From: a virus
Taxonomy: Duplodnaviria > Caudoviricetes
Direction: 5' to 3' (one strand)
DNA length: 30,896 nucleotides
Virus record (IMG/VR): IMGVR_UViG_3300030372_003367
Span: 1-30,896 of that record
Under the pieces are notes generated by a model. The model ran no database searches and had not been told where the DNA came from. It worked only from the letters and a program-made list of their open reading frames with translations. Shown here in pieces: positions 8,035-15,381 of this stretch (positions are counted from its first letter, which is position 1; each line of letters begins with the position of its first letter). The translations under genes and the position numbers were made by a program.

Positions 8035-8558
8035 GGTCGATATATATATTTAATTTCACTGTTTTTTAAAGTTGATATGGCATCATCAAAAGACTCTACT
8101 AAAGGCCAACCCGCAGCATTAAAAGATGTATTTAATAACAAAGGAACTTTAGTTTTATTATAAAATAATTCTATTAATTCATAATACTTAGGATTTTGTT
8201 CTTTCTTTAAAGTTTGAAATCTACATGTATTGTCTCTATGAACACACGCAGGTACTTCATCTATTGCTTTTTGTTTAGCATCAATTGCATATGTCATGTA
8301 CGGAGATTCATCTAATCCATGCATTTCTAAATAATCATTTCTATGTTCATAAAGAATAGTTGCTGCAGTTGGCCGCCACCATTGACGTCCTTTTAATTTG
8401 TTTACTATTTTTTGTGCATCTTTATTTCGTGGATCAAATAACATTGAACGATTACCCAACGCTCTTGGTCCCCATTCAGAATGATTTTGAAATATAACTA
8501 CTATTTCTTGATCTAGAATTTTATTTACAGCTTCTTCTTTATCTGTGATAATTTTCAT
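8031..8558 (-). CDS. carbamoyltransferase C-terminal (YrdC-like) domain protein, NodU/CmcH family
   Basis: EWGPRALGNRS, DPR, KGRQWWRP, SPYM, HRDNTCRFQT and LLNTSFN motifs. Confidence 0.92.
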   Translation of the reverse strand: MKIITDKEEAVNKILDQEIVVIFQNHSEWGPRALGNRSMLFDPRNKDAQKIVNKLKGRQWWRPTAATILYEHRNDYLEMHGLDESPYMTYAIDAKQKAIDEVPACVHRDNTCRFQTLKKEQNPKYYELIELFYNKTKVPLLLNTSFNAAGWPLVESFDDAISTLKNSEIKYIYRP

Positions 8559-9492
8559 AATAATAAGCGGCTCCTACCGCAGTTCCTCCATCATAAGCAA
8601 TTGGATCTACAAAAAAATTAAACTCTGGAAATTTTTTAACTAACTTAAAATTGTTTGAACAATTAAGATGATATCCTCCAGACAATATTATATTCTTACA
8701 GTTACTATATGTTTTAGCTTTATTAATTAATTCTATTCGTTCTTGTAAAGTTTCTTCTTGGGCCCTTTTTGCAATTTTAAGAGCATCTAAATCTAAGTCA
8801 GGGGATGGTCTATCGGCATAAGCCGCTAGCCCCATTAACTGACCCTCTGCACCTTGGTCGGTAAAACCAGCCTTTTCTTTATAGTATAAATATTTTAAAC
8901 CTCCACAAAGTTTATTACTGAGTTTAATATCGGTATTACCATATCTTCTGTACTCTTGTTTATCTATAAATGAATTAAAATAATCTATTCGTTTATTAGA
9001 TAGGTGTTTATAAAAATTATTTACACTTTTTTTATTTACTAAGTAAATAGATTCTATTGTATCAAAAGAAGCTTGAGCTATGGGATCACCAAAATCTTCG
9101 GTTATTAATTTTTCGCCTCCACCATCGGTTATTAAAGCTAAGGTCTCATTAAATTTACTAAAATAAAAACCACATAAAGCATGAAAAATGTGATGTTGAT
9201 GTGGGTAAAAAAAATATTTTTTATGTTTAACTTGTTTTATAATGTTATCTACAATAGCTTTTTCAACTACAAAATTATTCCTGTCATGAGAGTTAATTAC
9301 AACACAGTCAAAAGTAACATCTTTAAATTTTTTTAATACCTCATATTCATAGTCTGGATCGCCTGCAGGGTCGGGACAATAATGTTTTATCTTATTAAAT
9401 CTATCTTCTTCATAATATTCTGTTAAAATATTATCAGTAAGAACTGCAAAAGAACAATTATGAGACGTATTAACACCTAATATTTTTGACAT
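8539..9492 (-). CDS. carbamoyltransferase N-terminal (Kae1-like) domain protein, NodU/CmcH family
   Basis: ILGVNTSHN, EEDRFNKIKH, HHIFHA, DGGGE, MGLAAY, GGYHLNCSNN and DGGTAVGAA motifs. Confidence 0.9.
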   Translation of the reverse strand: MSKILGVNTSHNCSFAVLTDNILTEYYEEDRFNKIKHYCPDPAGDPDYEYEVLKKFKDVTFDCVVINSHDRNNFVVEKAIVDNIIKQVKHKKYFFYPHQHHIFHALCGFYFSKFNETLALITDGGGEKLITEDFGDPIAQASFDTIESIYLVNKKSVNNFYKHLSNKRIDYFNSFIDKQEYRRYGNTDIKLSNKLCGGLKYLYYKEKAGFTDQGAEGQLMGLAAYADRPSPDLDLDALKIAKRAQEETLQERIELINKAKTYSNCKNIILSGGYHLNCSNNFKLVKKFPEFNFFVDPIAYDGGTAVGAAYYYENYHR

Positions 9493-9559
9493 AATCTGGC
9501 TTTCCTTCTTTAAAAAACTATTATATAACCTATTATATGCTACAAAAATTAAACTTCAA
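9493..9559. promoter_or_regulatory. compact divergent promoter region
   Basis: 44 bp gap between divergent genes. Plus strand has TATAAC at 9524-9529, 7 nt before the ATG, with no SD. Minus strand has two TATAAT hexamers and TTGAAG at 9559-9554. Confidence 0.45.
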
Positions 9560-11504
9560 GCCGGGATTTAACAAACAAGCCACAGAATCAGGGGCCGAAG
9601 GTCAGTGGACAGATGGAGACTTTGTTAGATTTAGATATGGATTACCAGAAAAAATAGGTGGGTGGAATCAATTAACTGCTGCACAAGAAACTTTACCAGG
9701 GCCCGCAAGAGCTCAACATGCTTTTACTAGTTTAACTGGTGAACGTTATACAGCAATTGGAACAAGTAAAGGTTTATTTCTTTTTTATGGAGATGCGTGG
9801 TTTGACATTACTCCACTAGATACCGCAATTACAGGATTTACAATTACAACTACAAATGGTTCTAATACAGTTAGATTTAACAAAGCTTCTCATGGTTTAA
9901 CTTTAGGAGAATATATTGTTGTAACAGCCGTAACAGTTACAGGTGCTTCTACTTATACCGCATCTGATTTACAACAAACTTACGAAATTATAAATGTTGA
10001 TAGTGGTGGTGATTGGTTAGAAGTACAAGCATCTAGTAATGAAGGTGGAGCAGGTATGACTGCCGCAGGTGCAGCTACGGTTACTCCATATATAACAGTT
10101 GGACCTACTACTCAAACACTTGGTTATGGATGGGGAACTTCAACATGGGGCGCTTCAACATGGGGAACAGCTAGAGCAACAAGTTCAGTGGTTCTCGATC
10201 CAGGAAACTGGAGTCTTGATAACTACGGTCAAGTTTTAGTTGCTACAATATTTAATGGAAAAACTTTTACGTGGGATGCAGGGGCTACAACTCCTAGAGC
10301 AAATAGAGCATCTACAACAACTAGTGGATATCAAACTACTAACAATCCAACAGCCTCTATCATGACTGTGGTTTCAGATAGAGATAGACATTTATTTCAT
10401 TTAGGAACAGAAACAACGATTGGCAATACTGGTACACAAGATCCTATGTTTATTAGATTTTCTAATCAAGAAGATTTAAATACTTATAGTCCAACTGCAA
10501 CTAATACCGCAGGGACTTTTAGATTAGATAACGGAAATGAAATTAGAGCAGCTGTAACAGGTAAAGATTATCTTTTAATTTTAACTGATACCGCAGCTTA
10601 CTTAGCTCAGTTTGTTGGTCCACCTTTTACATTTAGTATTAAGTTAGTTGGAACTAACTGCGGATGCATAGGTCAACATGCGGCAGTAGCAGCAGATGGA
10701 GCTGTATATTGGATGGGTGATGCAGGTGGATTTTTTAAATTTGACGGTACAGTTAAATATTTACCTTGTTTAGTTGAAGATTTTGTTTTTAACGATAATG
10801 GAGATAACTTAGGAATTAATTATTCATCAAGTAGATTGGTTGCTGCAGGTCATAATAATTTATATAATGAAATAAATTGGTTTTATCCTAAGAATGGTAG
10901 TACTCAAATTGACAGATGTGTTACATTTAATTATGGAGAAAACGTTTGGACTACAAGCTCTCTTGATAGAACAACATGGATAGATGCACAAGTATTTAGC
11001 AATCCTTACGCAACTGATTATACATCTACGGCTACCCCTGTATTTCCAACTATTTTAGGAATTACAAATAAATATGGAGCAACTATTTATTACTCTCATG
11101 AAGAAGGAACTGATCAAGTTAATAGTTCAGGGACTACTTCTATTAATGCATTCATTAGATCTGGAGATTACGATATTACCACAAGAAAAAATATGATGGG
11201 GCAAGGAACTGGCGTGGCAGACTTTAGAGGAGACGGAGAATACTTTATGTCAGTTAGAAGATTTTTACCTGATTTTAAATACTTATCTGGTAACGCTAAG
11301 ATTACTTTATTTGTAAGTTCTTACCCAGATTCTACCCCTGTAAGTTCTCCATTAGGACCCTTTACAATAACCACAACTACTGATAAGGTGGATACTAGAG
11401 CCAGAGGAAGACTGGTCTCACTTAATATTGCTAACGACGCTACAGGCGAAACTTGGCGATATGGAACATTAAGATTAGACGCACAAGCGGACGGGAGAAG
11501 ATAA
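9537..11504 (+). CDS. packaged-DNA stabilisation / tail tubular protein B-like (P22 gp10-like)
   Basis: 655 aa; WTDGDFVRFRYGLPEKIGGW N-terminus, DPMFIRFSNQED, QFVGPPFTF, CGCIGQHA, C-terminal RARGR...WRYG...QADGRR typical of podovirus nozzle proteins. Confidence 0.75.
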   Translation: MLQKLNFKPGFNKQATESGAEGQWTDGDFVRFRYGLPEKIGGWNQLTAAQETLPGPARAQHAFTSLTGERYTAIGTSKGLFLFYGDAWFDITPLDTAITGFTITTTNGSNTVRFNKASHGLTLGEYIVVTAVTVTGASTYTASDLQQTYEIINVDSGGDWLEVQASSNEGGAGMTAAGAATVTPYITVGPTTQTLGYGWGTSTWGASTWGTARATSSVVLDPGNWSLDNYGQVLVATIFNGKTFTWDAGATTPRANRASTTTSGYQTTNNPTASIMTVVSDRDRHLFHLGTETTIGNTGTQDPMFIRFSNQEDLNTYSPTATNTAGTFRLDNGNEIRAAVTGKDYLLILTDTAAYLAQFVGPPFTFSIKLVGTNCGCIGQHAAVAADGAVYWMGDAGGFFKFDGTVKYLPCLVEDFVFNDNGDNLGINYSSSRLVAAGHNNLYNEINWFYPKNGSTQIDRCVTFNYGENVWTTSSLDRTTWIDAQVFSNPYATDYTSTATPVFPTILGITNKYGATIYYSHEEGTDQVNSSGTTSINAFIRSGDYDITTRKNMMGQGTGVADFRGDGEYFMSVRRFLPDFKYLSGNAKITLFVSSYPDSTPVSSPLGPFTITTTTDKVDTRARGRLVSLNIANDATGETWRYGTLRLDAQADGRR

Positions 11505-12349
11505 TGGCAACAATACCATCATATGAAGCTTTAAACGAAGGATTAGGAAATAGATATCTACCTTTTAGCACACTAACAGCTATAGGACCCCCTGGTTTTT
11601 ATGAAAGAAATACTCCTCCCCCTCAAATTAGAAACCCTATGGAGACCATGGAAGATTTTAGAAAATCACAATTATATTATGCATTAGGAGGCCCTAATAC
11701 TTTTGGTTATCCTGGAGGAAGAGGAAGAGGATTAGAATATTATCAAGGACAATATCCGGTGATGGATGAAGATATAATAAGTTTAAAAGATATACAAGAC
11801 AATGCAGGTATTCGTAATATACCACTAAACATGGACAAATTTGCAGGCATCATGCAAGCAACAGATATTGATGACGATCAATCAGATGAAGTAGTAGAAC
11901 AACAAAACTTTTTTCAAAAACTTATGAATAATAGTTTCATGGCTAATTTAATACAAGGTATAGGCTCATTGTTTAAACCAACTCAAAGTGGAATAGCAAC
12001 TAGAGATTTAGTAAGGAGAGGATATGGGCCAACTCTTCAAAATCTTTATGGTCCAGGCGGACTTATGCAAGGCTATAATATGATAAGTCATAGAGGTCCA
12101 GGCCCTATAGGTTCTATTACAAACAGAAGAAATAAAATTCTTAAAAGAATAGCAGAAGGTAAAAATTATAGTGAAGGGAATTTACAAAAATTAAATCAAG
12201 CTATTACTTCGCTAGGAGGTGACGCCCAACAACCAAGTTTAGCTAATTTTGCTACTAAAAAAGTTGCTGCTAAATCACCTGGAGTAGGAATGTCTGGTTA
12301 TACAAAAGCAGATGATGCCAGAGAAGCTAGACGGGGACAATATGGCTAA
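11504..12349 (+). CDS. hypothetical protein, possibly virion-internal
   Basis: The likely start is ATG 11504 (TAATG overlap, GGGAG upstream) rather than 11453; G/M/Q-rich. Confidence 0.55.
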   Translation: MATIPSYEALNEGLGNRYLPFSTLTAIGPPGFYERNTPPPQIRNPMETMEDFRKSQLYYALGGPNTFGYPGGRGRGLEYYQGQYPVMDEDIISLKDIQDNAGIRNIPLNMDKFAGIMQATDIDDDQSDEVVEQQNFFQKLMNNSFMANLIQGIGSLFKPTQSGIATRDLVRRGYGPTLQNLYGPGGLMQGYNMISHRGPGPIGSITNRRNKILKRIAEGKNYSEGNLQKLNQAITSLGGDAQQPSLANFATKKVAAKSPGVGMSGYTKADDAREARRGQYG

Positions 12350-12506
12350 GATAACTAATTATATTCCTGAACCTAAAGAGGAATACGATGTTAATAATCA
12401 AAGACAAATTTTAGAATCTTTAGACAGTATGAAGCAACAATTAAATTTTTCTTTTCAACAAGATTTAAAAAACGAACAAGACGCTTTTAATTATTTTTTA
12501 TCATGA
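12342..12506 (+). CDS. small hypothetical (virion-associated) protein
   Basis: The likely start is ATG 12342 (GGGGA upstream), MAKITNYIPEPKEEYD...; short coiled coil. Confidence 0.6.
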   Translation: MAKITNYIPEPKEEYDVNNQRQILESLDSMKQQLNFSFQQDLKNEQDAFNYFLS

Positions 12507-12847
12507 CAATACAATACAAAAATTCAATATTTTCATTAACTGGAACAGGTCAAACTACTGTGTTAACCATAGCGACCACAGCCGTTGGAATTGTTAAAAG
12601 TGTATATTTAGCTAATACAAGTTCTGGCGCAGTGGTGGTAAAAGCAAGAATGAAAGACAGCAGCGCTAGTTCAAATGCTAGATTTTTTGTAAAAAGTTTA
12701 GCATCTAACACTACTGAAAATGCTGCTCCTCAGGGGTTGAATTTAGAAGCAGGGGATGCTATACAAGTACAATCAGGCGAAGGCGGCGGTGTAATTGAGG
12801 GTGCTGTTAGTTATGCTTTGATAACAAGAGAGAATGAAAACGGATAA
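12503..12847 (+). CDS. small putative tail structural protein
   Basis: ATGA overlap; beta-sandwich-like with LNLEAGDAIQV motif. Confidence 0.6.
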   Translation: MTIQYKNSIFSLTGTGQTTVLTIATTAVGIVKSVYLANTSSGAVVVKARMKDSSASSNARFFVKSLASNTTENAAPQGLNLEAGDAIQVQSGEGGGVIEGAVSYALITRENENG

Positions 12848-13028
12848 TATACATAAAATTCATTGTACTACTATAACTACTTATAGAAATACAAAAACTG
12901 GCGAAGTGTTTAAAGAGAAGAAAGAAGGACCTGACATAGTTGAAGATGTAGTTGTGCAGGTTTCACCGAAAGGTTTAGATATAATGCAGAAAGTATTAGT
13001 TGGTAATGACAAAGGAAAAAAAACTTAA
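12834..13028 (+). CDS. small hypothetical protein
   Basis: 64 aa, overlaps both neighbours, YRNTKTGE motif. Confidence 0.55.
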   Translation: MKTDNIHKIHCTTITTYRNTKTGEVFKEKKEGPDIVEDVVVQVSPKGLDIMQKVLVGNDKGKKT

Positions 13029-13527
13029 TATTCTTTCTATAGATTGTGATTGGGTAATATCTTTAAGGCATCAAGAAGACCTTTTATCTTTTACTATTCC
13101 TCTATTATTTAAACATGAAAATATAATTTTAGATTATAGTCATGACAAAATATATACTCATTTTACTCATAATTATGATGAATATAATTTATATAATATA
13201 GACCATCATCACGATTATGCTTATTGTAAATACGAAACTTTAGATGAGGGTAACTGGTTATATCATTTATCAAATATTTTTTTAAAAAAAATAAATTATA
13301 TTTGGATTAATAATCCAGAATCAGAACATCCTTCTCATTTAAACATGGAAAAAATAAGAGAAAAACTACGATCTTATAAATTTGATCAACGTCTTAATTT
13401 TATCCCTCAACAAACATTTGACAAAATTTTTGTATGTTGTAGTCCTGAGTATAATACAAAAGTAGGAATTACGACTTTTAAAATAATTGAAAGACTAATT
13501 AATGATAATAAGAAATCAAACACCTAA
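13006..13527 (+). CDS. putative metal-dependent hydrolase (arginase/UPF0489-like)
   Basis: ILSIDCD, NIDHHHD, DEGNW and CSPEY motifs; ATG 13006 preferred over TTG 13000; very AT-rich. Confidence 0.55.
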   Translation: MTKEKKLNILSIDCDWVISLRHQEDLLSFTIPLLFKHENIILDYSHDKIYTHFTHNYDEYNLYNIDHHHDYAYCKYETLDEGNWLYHLSNIFLKKINYIWINNPESEHPSHLNMEKIREKLRSYKFDQRLNFIPQQTFDKIFVCCSPEYNTKVGITTFKIIERLINDNKKSNT

Positions 13528-14449
13528 GGGTGGTACAGAATTACAATTCGAATATTTAGAAAAATATGTTGATAAAAAGTTATTGGACCAAGTACAAATA
13601 ACTACATCTGTCCCTGAAAAAATTCCGTTACATCCAACTAAGATGAATATTCTCTGGCAGAAAAATTCATATGACCAACCGAATCTGGCACCATGGTTCA
13701 GAGATAAAAAAAATCATGGGAAATATGATTGGTATGTTTTTAATTCACATTGGACTTATGAAAAGTTTAGACAGTTTTTTGATATACCAACTGATAAATC
13801 TATCGTAATAAAAAATGGTATAGATAAAATTCAACAAGCTCCTCACTACGAGCTAGGCCAACCTGTAAAAATAATTCATCAAAATACTCCTTGGAGAGGT
13901 TTATCTATTTTACTTGGAGCCATGCAATTAGTTAAGAATCCTTTAATTACGTTAGATGTTTATTCTTCATGTGAAATTTATGGAAAAGAATTTTATGAAA
14001 AAAATGATAAACATTATAAACCTTTATATGAACAAGCAGAAAAATTACCAAACGTAAATTATATTGGTTACAAACCAAATAACTACATAAAAGAAAATTT
14101 ACATAAATATAATATGTATGTCTATCCTAGTATATTTGAAGAAACCTTTTGCATATCTTTATTAGAATCTATGGCTGCAGGGCTATATTGTATTACTACA
14201 GATTTAGGAGCGTTATATGAAACAGGGGCCGAATTTCCAATGTACGTTCCTGTGGAAAAAGACTTTAGAAGTTTAGCCCACAAGTTTGCTTTTGGTATAG
14301 AAGCAGCTTCTAAAACTTTACATCAAACTGACATTACAAATCATTTAGATTGCCAATCTGCATATGCTAATTCTTATTACAATTGGAAAAAGATAAGTAA
14401 ACAATGGGAGAGATTTTTAAAAGGAGCATTAGATGCAGTATCCAAATGA
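13502..14449 (+). CDS. glycosyltransferase, GT-B fold (GT4-like)
   Basis: N-terminal GGTE, IKNGID, PWRGL, and the EX7E motif in YPSIFEETFCISLLESMAAG. Confidence 0.88.
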   Translation: MIIRNQTPKGGTELQFEYLEKYVDKKLLDQVQITTSVPEKIPLHPTKMNILWQKNSYDQPNLAPWFRDKKNHGKYDWYVFNSHWTYEKFRQFFDIPTDKSIVIKNGIDKIQQAPHYELGQPVKIIHQNTPWRGLSILLGAMQLVKNPLITLDVYSSCEIYGKEFYEKNDKHYKPLYEQAEKLPNVNYIGYKPNNYIKENLHKYNMYVYPSIFEETFCISLLESMAAGLYCITTDLGALYETGAEFPMYVPVEKDFRSLAHKFAFGIEAASKTLHQTDITNHLDCQSAYANSYYNWKKISKQWERFLKGALDAVSK

Positions 14450-15326
14450 GCCGCTTTGGTTTAATGACGAAGTTGAAAAAAATAAAAACGATACTAATAT
14501 TACTAATATAAATTTAGGACGTTCACCACACAAAATAATGGTATGTACTCCAGTGCATAGTGATGTGTCTATGCATTATTGTCAAGCTGTGCTTAAATTC
14601 CAACAACAATGTATGCGAAGAAATATGTTAGTTAGCTTTACTATAATGAAATCTTCACTAGTAACTCAAGGAAGAAACTTATGTGTAGCAGAGTTTTTAA
14701 ATCATGAAGATAATTACACTCATTTATTATTTGTAGATTCTGATATTGATTTTAATTTTAGTACTATAGAAAAAATGTTAGAAGCAGATAAAGATCTTAT
14801 ATCTTGCCCTTATCCAATGAAACAATTTAGTTGGGACAAAGCGTGGGAAAGACTTGAACAAAAAGATAAAGCAATAAATGGTCCAGATGATTTAGCTAAA
14901 GCTGGTTATACTTTCCCTGTTAAACTAGATAGAAGTAAGGATATAACAGTAGATAAAGGTATTATGGAAGCTACTCATGCTCCTACAGGATGTATGTTAA
15001 TTAAAAGAAAAGTAATTACTGATCTTATAAAAGCTCACCCTGAACTAGAGATATTTCAGCCTACCAATATGAATGGTAAAGAAGTTAAAAAAGAAAATTT
15101 TTATAACCTATTTGACACGTTACACGAACCGGATACTAAACGTTATTTTGGTGAAGACTTTGGTTTTTGTGAAAGATGGCGTAAATTAGGTGGTAAAGTA
15201 TATCTATTTATAACAGATTATATTAGTCATATCGGAGAGTATCAATATTGTGGAAGATTCCTTGATGACTTGAAGCAGGGGGAAACCCCTTCGAAACCTG
15301 TTGACGACTCTAAAAAAATCAAATAA
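14433..15326 (+). CDS. glycosyltransferase, GT-A fold (GT2-like)
   Basis: MVCTP, GRN, LLFVDSDIDF (DxD), TGCMLI and GEDFGFC motifs. Confidence 0.8.
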   Translation: MQYPNEPLWFNDEVEKNKNDTNITNINLGRSPHKIMVCTPVHSDVSMHYCQAVLKFQQQCMRRNMLVSFTIMKSSLVTQGRNLCVAEFLNHEDNYTHLLFVDSDIDFNFSTIEKMLEADKDLISCPYPMKQFSWDKAWERLEQKDKAINGPDDLAKAGYTFPVKLDRSKDITVDKGIMEATHAPTGCMLIKRKVITDLIKAHPELEIFQPTNMNGKEVKKENFYNLFDTLHEPDTKRYFGEDFGFCERWRKLGGKVYLFITDYISHIGEYQYCGRFLDDLKQGETPSKPVDDSKKIK

Positions 15327-15329
15327 ACT
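15301..15329 (+). promoter_or_regulatory. sigma70-like promoter for the internal-protein operon
   Basis: TTGACG (15301-15306), 17 nt spacer, TAAACT (15324-15329). Confidence 0.6.
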
Positions 15330-15381
15330 GCTATATTCAGGATTTCTACGCCTGCACATTTAATTAAATTTAGACAAAATT

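Noticed and set aside
8031-9492. Carbamoyltransferase as a frameshifted pseudogene
   Set aside because: The break is at the domain boundary, both halves keep their motifs, and the second ORF has a plausible start and SD.
11453-11503. Longer starts at 11453, 12312 and 13000 from the ORF track
   Set aside because: Downstream ATGs at 11504, 12342 and 13006 give smaller overlaps and better coupling or SD context.
13014-13028. A-run as a programmed frameshift joining 12834 and 13006 ORFs
   Set aside because: Would need a +1/-2 shift, no stimulatory structure is seen, and the downstream ORF has its own ATG.
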